DNA of 64,000 nucleotides from Phoronis australis. Its lineage: Eukaryota > Animalia > Phoronida. The translations under genes were made by a program, and so were the position numbers. Numbering within the stretch: position 1 is the first letter of the stretch; each line of letters starts with the position of its first letter. Below are positions 1 to 12,949 of this stretch, piece by piece. The notes beneath the pieces are model-generated. The model saw only the letters and a list, made by a program, of their open reading frames with translations. It did no database searches and was not told the DNA's origin. The stretch lies in assembly GCA_002633005.1 (NCBI GenBank), contig NMRA01000167.1, positions 260,284 through 324,283 on the forward strand, in the 5' to 3' direction.

Positions 1-1137
1 TAGTAAGTGGAGAAGTGTTGTGTATTCAACCAAAAGTACAGAACTATGGCTTGTAATTCTTTAAAACCTATTCCTCACATTATGGCGTAGAAATGAAATT
101 TTGTCAAATTACTCAACAAAAGTAATTTAGCATTGTTTGTACTGTGTACATCATAAACTAGGGGTATTTGGCAAAGTTTCTACTATTGCAGAGAGGTAAA
201 CATCTTCTGAAAACTAAAATGACCTTTTTGTACAAAATGAATGAACTGTGAATTTCAACGTTTGTGTTCTCCATTGGTATTGAAGGCCATGTCCTAAAAA
301 CAACTATTCCTCACAACAAGTAGCGTTATATCATAACCAGGCCTGCAGATTATCAGATTAGTCCAAAAATATAAAAGTTTATTTGGTCGCAAGGCAAAAT
401 CGGTGATCATGACTGAGCTTGACTTTAGGGATACCAACAGAAAATTTCTTTTGGAGGATTCACATATTTTCAGTACTTTTCACTAAAAGATCCCCCCCGG
501 AACACTACACTCAGTGTTGGTGTAAGCTGATTATTTATCAGGGTTGTCGAAGTCGCAATTAGGCCCTTAGATAATTTTGGGAACCCCTGACCTATTTTCT
601 GTTTTCAAACTTTTTATTAGATTGACTTTTTACAATTCAGACACAAAAATAGTATGAACCAGGAAACATAAGGAAATTTCCACCAGTACATGGCACTGTT
701 TCTCATGATCGGCCAGTGTACTCACTGCAAGTTGTCAAGCTTTAAGTACAGATTTCTTGTTTTTGTCAATGCAGTTAATGTGGAATTGTTTAACAAGGCA
801 ACGAAAGCAACATAGTTGCTCTGCCGGTGTGATACATGAGGTTAAATGCAGGTTATGTGGACGATGAGCATATGTCAAGACACTCAATCAATTATTTAAA
901 CAAAGTAGAATGGTCGTTGGGCAAAAAAAGTCACTGCTCAACCAACGTTGTTCAAACGTCCATAATTTGTCAACACGGATGCAAATATTGAAATTCAACA
1001 ACTAATTATCATGAATTCCAACTGAAGTGTCGCCGCCAATTCAACGCTGATGGGTTAAACCTTTTAAAAGTAACTTGAAGTTACGTGTCAAGAAACAGAC
1101 ACGCGTCTCATTGATAATATCATGGGGAGGAACTCAC

Positions 1138-1217
1138 CTGCCTCAAACCATGTGATGGAGGACGCCAGGGAGAGGGGCAGAAGGAGTGAGCACCATACTC
1201 CGGGTTGAGACAACAAC
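1138..1217 (-). CDS. Probable coding exon of a divergent membrane-protein gene (possibly dolichol kinase-like)
   Basis: Minus-strand cttgcag acceptor and GTGAGT donor. The 80 nt read (R)LLSQPGVWCSLLLPLSLASSITWFEA, a hydrophobic segment loosely recalling the DOLK N-terminal R...G-W/L...P-L region. Confidence 0.55.
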
Positions 1218-1229
1218 CTGCAAGAATAA

Positions 1230-1378
1230 CCAGAATGGCTCTAGACTGTACGCCGACTACCAAGCATTCACACAATGGCTGTACACTGTACGCTTATCGG
1301 TCAACCACTCAAACAATGACTGTAGACTATACCCTGACTGGTCAAGAATTCACACAATGGCTGTAGACTGTACAGACA
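1230..1378 (+). repeat. Degenerate ~40-45 bp minisatellite, about 4 units
   Basis: Recurring aatggctgtagactgtac...ggtcaagcattcac motif. Confidence 0.7.
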
Positions 1379-1779
1379 GAAATCATGTGTGTGTCAAAAC
1401 ACACAAACATTGCACAACATAGCGGACCAAGATACATCAGTTTAGTTTTTGTAGTTAGTTGCAGCAATTACGCAAACCAGAAAGGCATCTTGCAGCAGAT
1501 GGTGCAGTAAACGCAGTGTATAACTCACCATTAACCAATCAGTATGTTCGCAATAATCAGATAATTGACCTTTTCACAGTGGTACCTCCCATGGCTCTGG
1601 GAAAGAGTGTAAACACAGATATGACATTGCTCCTCTTAAATCTTTGTAGAGGCGTGATGTGACTAAACCCTTACATTACTGCATATACGAGTGTGCACTG
1701 ACTGACTTTCGCTTATAGCAATCCCGTCTTAGCGTAATTTCTCAGTCATGTCATTTACATTCATTATAGAAGAGGCTGT

Positions 1780-1995
1780 GAGGCCCAGTGTGATTGGTGC
1801 CCGCATTCTTTACTCGAGGTCGTAGATTCGAGTCCCACTGTGGGTCACACTGCTACACTCTTGAGTCAGGTTACTAGCTCTTCAGCTCAGTTTTAACTAT
1901 ATATTAATAATTAATGCATAAAAATGGCTCCAGGCGATCAGTGCAATTAATGGGCCCCCATGCGCACGTGTACCAGAACACCTGCAATAATTATT
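1780..1995 (+). mobile_element. tRNA-derived SINE-like element
   Basis: B-box-like GATTCGAGTCCC. The body (ctcttgagtcagg...gtgcaa...tgggccc...tgtaccaga...cctgcaat) recurs at about 15560-15760 and ends in an AT-rich tail. Confidence 0.6.
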
Positions 1996-2020
1996 TTTTA
2001 TACATTCCTTATTCACTTAC

Positions 2021-2085
2021 CTGTAATTTACTTTATTTGGCATTGGAGTGAAATCTTTACACACAGATATGCAGAGTATGGCGAT
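2021..2085 (-). CDS. Probable coding exon of the divergent gene
   Basis: tttcag acceptor and consensus GTAAGT donor. The only open frame is IAILCISVCKDFTPMPNKVNY(R), ending in phase 2, which joins exon 1138-1217 in frame. Confidence 0.45.
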
Positions 2086-3285
2086 CTGAAATACTTAGAA
2101 AAGTATGACCTATTACTTTCATTTGGAAAATTTTAAATTGTGATCACTTCATGGACAGGTATAAAACTCTGGGAGTTAGAAAAGTGTAGATTTTGGCGAG
2201 TCACACACATTTCATTGAGATTATCAAAATATTGACATTAAGAAAAATAAAAAATTGAATCATTGAACTCTCAAAAAGAAATAGAAATTAATCATGTCTG
2301 TATTTGTAGAACGACACTAAGTGGCTTTCCTCAATTTCTTTTTAGGGATGTAGGACCTTGGTAATAATGAGGCAGAATCAATGAAACAGAATACTGGCTG
2401 TGGACTCTGTAACTTTCTAGTTTTAGGTTATAAAAGTCACAATTCAAAAACCTAACCACGTGTACTTTTCACAAGCTTTTCAAATATTGAAAACTTTCAA
2501 AATGAGAAAACACTATTGTCGTTCCAGTGTTTACCACCAAGTTTATGACAGACAATTTTACAACTGATTACCCATGTTCAGCTCCAGAGAAAAACAACAA
2601 CAGCTGAAGCTGAATAGTTTCTTTGAAAATAGTGGCGGATTTTTAAGGTTAGCGAACCATTCAAGTTGCTCAAACTTGACCGGCGAGGGTGTCGGCAAAC
2701 TATTCGGCTCATGTTGATGTCTCAAACACTTTCAGGTAGCGGAAGCTGCTCTGTGTCTCACATCGAAACGAGCAAGTTAGTGAAAATTCCACATTTTGCT
2801 GACTACTCATGGTCTCAAGCCTAACTTCTATGGAATTTTCTTATTTTAGATGTATTGGGCTTACCAAATAGTCCTGGCAAAGTCTTAAGTTAGCAAAATA
2901 AGAAAACCTGAGTTTAATCACGCAAATGTGGGCCCATCAAATGACAGGTGAAATGCAGACTTTTCGTGCCATATCGCATCACCGCGAGATACCAGCACAT
3001 GCAAAAAATGGCCAATAACAATACAATGAATAGGGGTATAGAGCACCATGTTATTCGCAGACGTTTGAATTAAAAGGTAAATCTCATGGTGACGTAAACG
3101 AAAGAAAACAAATATGCCCAATAGTTCGTTACACTTGACACTAATGGTCAGTGGCAATAGTGGGATCAGAGCGATGCTCTTAACATACTTCAGGAAGCAA
3201 ATTAACAGGTGTCACCAATCAGGAAAGGCTTTAAGCAGTAAAGATAGCACAAAATGCATATAATCATTTAAATTATCTGACTCAC

Positions 3286-3345
3286 CAAAGAAGAATATCA
3301 CAAAGTGTGACAGTCCCCCAACCGTTTCTAGCATTTTACAGACAC
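3286..3345 (-). CDS. Candidate exon of the divergent gene (contains ATG: MLETVGGLSHFVIFFF)
   Basis: Good acceptor (cttcttgtctgtacag), GTGAGT donor and a hydrophobic peptide. The link to downstream exons is unresolved. Confidence 0.35.
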
Positions 3346-4536
3346 CTGTACAGACAAGAAGGATTAGGCACTCGCAGACACATGTTCGCAGAAAAAAAGA
3401 ACAATCTGTCTTCAAAGTCTCCATTCTTCGGAAAGGAAATGATCTGAAAGCAGAGGGGTGTTGTGTTGACACCAAGGTCATAAGAGAAAACATGCAAGAA
3501 CTACTGTCTCGTTGCATGACGGCATTTTCCCATTAAGTAACTTTACTAGACATAGAGGGTTGTGAGCATGTGATAACATCTAGCTTCTTTAACTGCCAAG
3601 CACAGTCTTTTGTCTGGTATGACAACAGGCAGGCCAATTATCTACCAGGCCACTTGTGAACACAGGCAAAACCAGAGCGAATTGGTAGGCCTACGTTCGG
3701 AAAGAATAGATTGTCGTAACTTCGATTGTAGTTGAGAGATTTTGGCGATTCAAAAACTAAACATGATCACCATTTGACGAGGATTTCAGAAATGCTATGG
3801 GTTTATGTTCAAATATGTTATAACTTGACTTTTATTTTTAACAGCATAGACCACTCGGGCTTGGAGATTAGAGCCATTATGGAACAAAAGAGATCTGGCC
3901 CTCTAACCATGAAATGCCAGAATGGAGTTAATCAGTCCTGTAAGATATTGGCTACAGCGGTCACCTTCCCAACTTTGTTGTTGCTATAGAATCAAACAAC
4001 ATGGAGCAACGGAAAACGCCGGAATGGATTCAAGTAAGACAGTCTACTACGTTTTCTTTAACCTAAAATGTATCCGATCAACAAAATAAGCTTTAGTTCT
4101 GGATCACTTCGCTAATAATTATACTGAAAGACGTTGAAGAAAAATAATGTTCTCAATTGTTGTTCAGATTTATCCTGTGATAATTTTGAAAGTATATATA
4201 TAGAACAGCTGTTTGGTACTTAAATCACCAAAAGAATTTTGGTGGTGTTTCTGCCTGGCCAGGTTAGGTGCCCCAGATGATCACGGAGATTAATAAATAG
4301 CTTAAGGTATTTATAACATGACTTCGATGTTTCAGTCAGTGTGAGACACAATTTGCCAAAAAGCATCTGGTGTATGAAGCTTCTATAGGACTCAGTATAC
4401 TATAGCCATAGGAGCTACAACGCCTCTATTACTCAACTAGTCACTGCATGGCAGCTGATCACTGCCTATAGTTTGAGACGGACGAAACAAACTCCCAAAT
4501 GTTAGCGCGTAGGAGTTGTGTTATGTCGTTATTTAC

Positions 4537-4559
4537 CTGACCGAGTCAATTTCCAACAT
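4537..4559 (-). CDS. Candidate first exon (ATG or uORF) of the divergent gene
   Basis: ATG TTG GAA ATT GAC TCG GTC AG|gtaaat (MLEIDSV-R). Phase 2, compatible with exon 1138-1217, and adjacent to the promoter region. Confidence 0.35.
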
Positions 4560-5155
4560 TAAAAATGTCACCTTTCAATTGAAAATGACCAGGAGATAAA
4601 AACTGACTCCGGCTGTGGCTGGCAATAGCTCTCAGCAGACGAAAATTTCGACTGCCAGGTGGGAAAGCAGAAAACGGAAGTCACAAAACCACCATGTTCA
4701 ACATATGTTGGTACCAGATAACAGCAACACCACTTATTTTACAACTAACGGTCCGATTTCGATTGCGAAGTCAAACCAGACATGAAAAAGATAACTCTTG
4801 TGCTGAGTTGTGCAGCTAGCACGGCTGTGACCCTCTCGACTCCATTCTTGTACAGATTGTTGTAAGCGACCTTCAGTTAGACACGAAACCCGTCTGTCTC
4901 AATTCGACGTCGTCTATGAACAGTTCCCTTTTCTTAAAGTTAATTACTTATCATTTGAAACCACACAGATTGATACTTGACTACAAAATATCTAGATTTT
5001 ATTAAATTTCTATGACCACATGCTGAAACAGCAAGTTTTAAACATGGTCCTTTAACACAAGTAAGGCGGGAGATTCGACACTTCAAGCTAGGTCGTGTTT
5101 TTAAATATTTTATGACATCGTCCGCAAGTGGACATGCGCAGTCAGAGTCACAAAC
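4560..5155. promoter_or_regulatory. Putative bidirectional promoter / 5' UTR region
   Basis: Lies between opposite-strand first exons and is relatively CpG-rich. Carries an ETS-like CGGAAGT (about 4675-4681) and an NRF1-like CATGCGCA (5133-5140). Confidence 0.5.
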
Positions 5156-5188
5156 ATGTCGGCCAACTTGAGTCCGGAAGAGGAGCAG
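5156..5188 (+). CDS. PTPN9: PTPN9 (PTP-MEG2) coding exon 1
   Basis: caaacATG context. MSANLSPEEEQ|gt matches the vertebrate exon 1 end LTPEEEQ. Phase 0. Confidence 0.88.
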
Positions 5189-7429
5189 GTGCGTATAGTT
5201 TGACGATTTTCGCCACTTGTTCTGTTAATTCTAAAAAATTTTTGGCACGTTAGGTGTAAGTTTTTACAGACACGCTAAAAATCCTTTCCACCAATGTCGG
5301 CATTTACCAAAAACGCATGTAACTGGTCTCTATATGTTGTTTCCTACTTCCGTCTAAGCTAAGGCTAAGCTTCACTGACTTGTCAAATCATGAATTCACG
5401 GAAATAGAATATGTCATCGACAAGAGTTTGTCCTTCGTCTTCACGCCGGTCCCAGGGCATATGGAGCTCTATATAGAGAAGTGTACCAGGTTGGTCCCAG
5501 TGAATATTCAAATGTGGAAATGTGTGAATTGTGAAATATTATAGGTTCATCATTAATTAGCTTCATATCATCTGGATCAAGAAAGTCCAAAGCCAAAGAA
5601 CACAAATCTTATAGTATTCCTTTGGATATCTTCACATTCATTTTGCAAAGTGTCTGCCATCATGTCACATGCTCTGCTGAAGTCTTGCGCTTTTATGGCC
5701 TACTAATAAGGAGGACAACGTTTTTTTTTTAAATTTTTTTTTGCAATACCCATGTTTCATACATTTTTGAAAAGCCCTTGGTGTGAGAAATGCAATGGTG
5801 CAAAAATCAGAAACAATGGGTGAGTGGTTCAAGAAAATGGCCGTTGAAACGCGACGCTTGTGCGTAAAATATCTGCCTTTTTACATAATTTCGTAAAAAA
5901 TAAAAGAATATACATGTGCTGCTGCAAATTGTCTCATTGAGACAAACGTGGTGTGTATTATATAAAATTTGGATCGATTTCTACAGAGATATTGCTGTTT
6001 AAATATGTTGTTAGCATATGGAACAGGCTCATCATCAACCTCATGTTTGATGAAAACAATGGATTACACAGCTTAAAAGGTAAAGAGCAAAAAACAACAC
6101 ATCAGCTCAGAAACGAATACATCTGAGCTAGGAGGAAATTTCACATCAAACCACAAGACAACATTGGTGGATTTGGGGAGGGGCCAGCCTGAGCCTGTGC
6201 CCCCCCCCTAAAACTCCCAGATTTCATTTGGCAGTTTGAGGGTGCAAATATCTTACGATTAAAATCCTGCGTAATACTCTGTCCTGGCCCCCCTCCTATC
6301 TAAAAATCCTAGATCTGCCCTTGAATATTACTACATGGGCAACACATCATGGCCTGACAGGGGGCTGGGGTCGCTGGGAAAGGTATATCTCCCCCACTAT
6401 TTCAGTGCTGGGTGCCACCCATGTACTATTAGATCGTATCATAGCAAAAAACATCAGAAAGTAGACAAAAGACCATTTGGGAAAGCAAACCACTCTTAAC
6501 ATGAAGGATTTCATCATATACACAACAAAAACTCTTTGTAACAACTTTATTTCGAATGGTGAAGTTGCGATGCCATTGAACTCCAACGTAGCCGCTCATG
6601 GCGCTGACGTGCGGCAACTTAGTGAACTAACGACTGCTGTTTGAAAAGTGCCAATGCGCAGCAGTTTGACAGAATTTCTGAAAAAGAAATAATCACCAAT
6701 TAAAAGAGTGATAAATTCTTCGTCTAAAAATCGGGGGTCATATTGTGCAACTGGAAAAACATCAATCTCCTGACCGATCAAAATTAGGCCTTCCGGACAA
6801 TCGAAAACTCGCCACGAAAACTTGGCCTTGACTTCGAGAAAACAACTTGAGGAGATGGGCACGCATCTAAACTATATCCTGTCCAAATTTCATGTTTGTA
6901 TTCGTTAGTATAGTGCTCTTTTGGACACGAGGAACAAGAGGCACTTTTTCTAAAGTTGATCGTATGGCAGAAAATCGTACGCTAAAAAAAGCTTCCAAAA
7001 ATGATTTATCAGCGATAATTCGAGACAAAAAGATTACAAACTTACAAATAAAGACTAAGGTAACAATTTATAACACATAATTGTCTTATAGTTAACTTTG
7101 AAGTTTGAAATCGGGTAATTTACTGACGTGGGTTTTACACAGAGGCAGATAGGGAGCACCGTGACCTACTTTTCGATTGTCCTCCCTACTACTAAGTAAC
7201 TCGCTTGAGATCGATTGAAATACTTTGTGGTTATTGGATGCTGAAAAAGTTATTGGCAATCAAAAGAGTGGAGTTGGAATTTTTCACTGAAGTCATCTTA
7301 CTAGTAATTCCTGTAGACATGCTTCATGAAGGATAAATGAACTAGTTTAGAACCGAAAGTTGATTTTGTGAGTACTTGTCTGAGCTTGGAAAAGTTAAAG
7401 ACATCAGTGGCCTCCTAGGGATTGATCTA

Positions 7430-10400
7430 CCGTAAACGTTCGTGTTAATGCCCATGCTCAGTTAACCGCCCATCCCCTACTTTCGGTGGATTTTCGATTT
7501 AACCGCCCACTGCTCGGTTAACCGCCCCTCTGCGATTTTTGAAGATTTCCAGTTTAGTGCCCACCTCTCGGTTAAGCGCCCATCCCCGACTTTTTAAGAT
7601 TGAAGATTTAGCGCCCAGTGTTAGGAAACGCGCGATTCCCGGCTTTTAGATACAGATGATGATCACAACGAGCGCAACTACGCTGGGCCTCCATGACGGC
7701 AGTTTGGCAATGTGAATTACAATACAAGTAACGAATTATTGTCCCGGGTCATGGACTTACTTCAAAATATAATACTTGAATGTTTTTGTCATTTTATTTT
7801 CTTTCCATGTTTGCAAAGTTTAAGAACCCCACCGGTCTGCCGCGCTGAGTTTCCGTCTGCAGTGCACTAGGTGAAACATATTCAAAATAATCGGACCAGA
7901 GAAATGTGACAATGGTTTTGCCAACCCTCCAAATTCTCTTTAGGTGGGAAGCTCTGGTATTTTGAAGAATTAATTCCTATAACTCACGGAATATGTCAAA
8001 TTCTCCCTACTTTGATGAATGTTATTGCCAGGTTATCGAGGATGTGTGGCTACCAAAGGGACAGTGTGCCTCCAGGCCTTCATGCAGCCTACATCCTGGG
8101 CGTCCAATGTAGACGCCCTGGCAAGGACGCCCAATGTATCATTTGGATGCTGTGTCAATCAGAATTTCTCCAGTTTGGACACCCACATTGAAAGATTACT
8201 AAGACTCCCAGTTAATCAAAGGGGGAAGTTGTCCCTTTCAACTGGGAAAGAGATATACAAAGTATTTAAAATGTTGCAATATTCAAACTATTTTCAAACT
8301 ATTTGGTAGACCTGTCAATCATTAGCACATGGTTGGTTGCCAGAGTGTCTGCTTTCAATAGACTCACATGCCACTGCCATTCTGTACTTTATATAGGGAC
8401 ATGGACCTTGCTTAACTCCAAACTGGTGTTTCAGAGCTGTAATTTCACGTACTTCATCTTTTTTTAAAAATACCAAAAGCAAAATAAATGTCATTACTTT
8501 TATAATATGATGTGCCACATGAATATCCCCATTTAAAATGTTTGAGTTTTGGCCTGTTTCATGCTTTTCTATGTGCGTCTAAAATGGAACAGCAGTGACA
8601 CCTGTTGTCAAAATATAAACCACACATCATCTGTGCATTTTTCTTTTGAGCTTTGATGACTCATTGTACAGAATATAAAGCTAGTGAAGTTGATATAATA
8701 AACTTTATAACAGAATTTGACTTGAGATGACCAAAAACAGTGCACTCATCGTTCAACCAATATCTGTAATATCTGTAATACCCGTTTGGCAAGCTATTTG
8801 GCTGTTTTTGTAAATTTAAACATAAAAGTCTTGATCAACAGTTTTTTAGTACTTAAAAAAGCCCAATACAAGGGAGCTGTTTTTGTAAACTTAGGTGTAA
8901 AAGCCTTGTTCAACGCATTTTTTAATTGTAAAAAAACCTCACTGTGTGTGTTGGGGGGGGGGGGGTTACTGGTGAATGGGGTGGGGAGGGGGGGGGGTAA
9001 TGCGGCGTTGGAATCATGGACGCCCTGGAATATTGGGAACCCCATTTTGGACACCCTATGTTCGAAATCCTAGATGAAGCCCTGTGTGCCTCACTGGGTT
9101 ACTGATTTGCTGCCTCTCGATTTCTGAGTTCAGTGGTTAGCAATATGTTACTGTATGTTTGTGTATCATCTTGAAGTAATAAAAAACTTCTAGTCAAATT
9201 TTATTTTTCGCTTATTGCATCTCAGTCAAACTAGCATTAGCATATTCAACTAATGTTGCTGGCTCTTCTTAGGCTACGATTTTTTGCGTCAACCCCCGCC
9301 TGACTGTGAATTATCGCTTATACCGTTTTTAGCCATCCAGAATAATTTTGTTTCTACATTAGCCAGTTTCAGCCTGAACAAAATTCTTACCATTTGAGCC
9401 TGAAATATCTACGACGCAGACTCACTGAAAATTGGCAATAGTTGGTAGGAGATAAACTCGGGCCTTGTGAACATCAAGCCGGAAAATGTCGAAGTAGACT
9501 TGACATCGCAGTTTTGGGGGACATCGGAACGGAGGAATGTCATAAAGCACTGGGTCTTTCCTAACAACAGCTTAATAGTACAGCGTCACGCCGGTTTCTT
9601 TTACTTAGTATTGTCGCTGTTCTCTTTTGATGTGTAACTTTGTAGTGGTGCACGCGCGTAAGTTCCCACACTGAGTGCATGTTACTTTCACACTAAGGCG
9701 TGATTGACAGGTGACTCACTTGTAGGCCCTACGTGCGTGCTGAATCCCACTGCTATATTTGGCCATTAAAAAGGAGACGCACATTGAAAGAATCCGTTAT
9801 ATTGCTTGACAACCTTTTCAAGATTGCTTGCCGGGACATTGTGCGCATACAGCGGGACAGACCAGTGACGCAGTGCGATAGTGTAAGTGATATTATAATA
9901 GGATATAATCTGGACATCTTGCATGTAAAATAAATTTGTTTTCCACCACAAAGTTGGGTAAGTTGGTCGTTTAAGAATGAATTGAAACGTCGCTGTTTTG
10001 TGACGTTTTATCACATATTGATGCCGCGATTCGAACATTTCTTCTTGATTGACGACTGGCTCATGTCCGCTTACCCCCTCCCCAATTCATCTCTTCTTTG
10101 CCGAGCATGTTTCGCGCAACGGGAAGTGAAAATGCTATTTAGTCACGGAGTGTCGACTATAAAGATCTCAAACACAAAGAAACACCTGAATTAGTTTTTA
10201 GTTTTTCAAACTTTATTACAACTAACTTTAAAACTGCTTTTGACTCAGAACTTGAAAGCTAGCACGGGACTGTAACCTTGATGTCATCTGTGACCTCTGC
10301 AACACGTGACATTTGCACGCGTGCACTTTTGCAGTGTCACCGCTTGCAATCCAAGTGGACTGCTGCGTGGTCACTGGTCGTCTGCGCACTACAGTTCTTA

Positions 10401-10771
10401 CAAACTAAGGCATGGGTCTATTACTTTGCAATTTTTTAAATTTAATTGTGAATGACTGAAGGCGACAGAACCTTTGTTGGGATCATCCGCTGTTATGAAG
10501 TTTTTACCATCATTTGGCGACGTGACGATAAAGCTCTTTGAAAAGTGCTATGCGTTCCGAGTACATGTGTCATGTAGGGTCTTAGATCATGAGGTAAGAT
10601 TAACCACCCAGGGCGGTTGTCTGTCATAATAAGCGCCCATGTTCGGTTAACCGCCCACCCTGGATTTCTTGAAATTTCATGTTTAAGCGCCCATGTCTGG
10701 TTAACTGCCCAACCCCGATTTTTTGGGTTAGCCAATTTAGCCGCCTAGGGCGTTAACCTGAACGTTTACGG
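7430..10771. mobile_element. Non-autonomous pogo/Tc1-mariner-like DNA transposon (~3.3 kb)
   Basis: TA|CCGTAAACGTTCGTGTTAATGCCC ... GGGCGTTAACCTGAACGTTTACGG|TA: imperfect ~24 bp TIR and TA TSD. Arrays of TTAACCGCCCA/TTAAGCGCCCA lie near both ends. Confidence 0.8.
8073..9084 (+). mobile_element. hAT-type MITE, long copy nested in 7430-10771
   Basis: TIRs CAGGCCTTCAT ... ATGAAGCCCTG and a perfect 8-bp TSD TGTGCCTC. Homologous to 12950-13431 and 28086-28563. Confidence 0.88.
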
Positions 10772-11246
10772 TATATTTGAAAGGTACTTCAGTGTTCTCT
10801 TTAACCTGTTTTGACTTGTCAATGTGTCTAGTTTGCATTTCACCATAACAAATTTGGCTTACCCGCATCGATTTTAAAATCCCGGTGAGTTTGAAGTGTT
10901 GGGAGACATTTTTGGCATTTGGTGCCAGTTCAGTGCATTTATTTTGTGTTTCCAGTTGAGCTTTAAAAATGTGTCCTTGTGATTACACATAATAGCTTTA
11001 AAGCGACACTTGGTGTGTACCTATCACCAATACCAACGGAGATATTGACAGTTTTGTTGTTTAAACGATGATCTCCTTTGCTGTTGCTACGTCGATGAGA
11101 TAAGTGATACACTTTCATTATTACAACTTTATTTTTCAACTAAACTGTGTAAAAATAACATTGAAAAGCTCTCCGCTTGGTTTCCAGGGTGCTATATTCA
11201 TGCACTTGAACTTAAGGCAAAGTTAATTTGATGTAATGAAAGCAGG

Positions 11247-11372
11247 GGATCATCTAGTGGTCATGATTGTGGGATCATCTAGTGGTCGTCTTGGTCATTA
11301 TTGTGGGCTCATCTAGTGGTCGTCTTGGTCATCATTTTGGGCTCATCTAGCGGCCGTCTTGGTCATCATTGT
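11247..11372 (+). repeat. ~34 bp minisatellite, about 4 units
   Basis: gggatcatctagtggtcgtcttggtcattattgt repeated. Confidence 0.8.
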
Positions 11373-12949
11373 GACGGCCAGTCTTAAAAAATCATGGAAT
11401 GGATGACATGGCCAAGAGTAAAAGACAACCTTGGCGAAGAATTTTAACATTTCTGGTTACTAAATTTTATAGAAAATTTGTTGTTTTAGTTCAATAAAAA
11501 TTCAGACATAACAGAGAAGAGCAGTGACCACATGCTCTCGACAGTTGATATCAACAAAAGTGTGATAAGTAGCCATGTAAAAATGTCTACAAGAATTTAT
11601 TAAATTACTTATCGAGCAAGATTCAAGGTTGTGATGCCAAATATTTTTGGTTTCATTGGAATGTTGATATATGATTTCAACTGTCATAAATTTCCGCTTT
11701 TGAAAAACGGTACCGAAGAATATAATAAGCACTTTAGACAATTATCCCGTGTCTTGCTTGGCGAGCATACGTGATTGATTAAAAACAACTGTGTGCATTT
11801 GTGCATGCCAGTGTATATGAATGTTCTTTCCCATCACATATACGTGCTGTACATGTTTCTGATTCATTCGATTTATATTACATAAAAAATTAATTCGTAA
11901 ATTTCTCATAATGTGAGTGATGAAGGCTTGAAAGCATGAAAATTGCAGTTTGACTGAACATGTGGACAGGAACTAGTGGAAGTAGGCAACTTTTACCGAC
12001 TTAAAATTGAATCTCGTACAACTTTAAAGAAAAAATCTTAGAAACATTACATCTTTTAGAGCATTCATGGGACCAAGTCTACCATTTATGAAGCTATCAG
12101 AGGAATATAAGATTATCTACAAACTTAGTACTCAGTTTCATGCACATGATATTGCATGGTAGTTCACTTTTGTTGGGCTCCAGGAACAATGCATCTCATT
12201 ATTTAAGTGAAAGGGTATCCTGTTACTTGTCTGGAATCCATGGCAGGCTTTTTCCAATGGCCAACAGGTGCCGCAACTGCATTTCTAACATGCCAAAACT
12301 AAACAAAGTGCCTCCCTTTGGTGTGGGTCTTAATAACCCCATGTATATTAAATGATGAAAAGCTTAATTCGGTCTGCGTAATAGGAAGTGCTTAGTAGGC
12401 TAAAATTGAAAATTAAATTAGATTTAGACTTTCGTATAATATCAGTGTTCTCCACGGCTTCACGCTAACAAGTTTGAAATTAATCATGACCGGTTTGATT
12501 ATCGTGCGTCAGGCTTTAACGTTTGTGTGTTGAGTCAAAAATAAAGCCTGTTAGAGTCAATTCAGCACTCGTGCAACCAAACAAGGTTTGGATTTTTCAC
12601 ATACAGTAAAATGCAAAAATCAAAGCAGGAGTGGGCACCACACCATTCACAAAGTCACCGTGCACATGTCCGACTCTTCAAAATCAAGTTCAAAATTAGC
12701 CTTGAATTTCCGTGTCCCAAGTTTTATAGGCTGCCCAGTCTTGAGAATTTTTACTGTTTGTGGTACTTGTATTCCTGTAGTAGATGGTTTGTATTGTCTT
12801 CAATGTTGAGCTTTAGACTTGCTGACTGGAGTGATTTCCCTGACAGCTTGTATTTGTAAAGTAAAAAGCAATACTTGACGAGAGCGTATATAGTAAATAT
12901 GGCATTTGCCTCCATTCTCACTACTAAGCAGTTCACAAAGCTGTGTATA

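Noticed and set aside
2572-2609. Minus-strand 38-nt exon candidate (ASAVVVFLWS*TW) that would bridge phases 1->0 using an in-frame TGA (selenocysteine or readthrough)
   Set aside because: The acceptor is weak, no SECIS can be assessed in this window, and a chance phase fit is likely.
5660-7162. Possible Transib/RAG-like element (CACGGTG-type end at about 7156-7162)
   Set aside because: No convincing partner TIR, 5-bp TSD or coding remnant was found.
8786-9073. Recurring ESWTPWNIG ORFs (also 12751-13059 and 28053-28313)
   Set aside because: The similarity comes from copies of one non-coding MITE, not a gene family.
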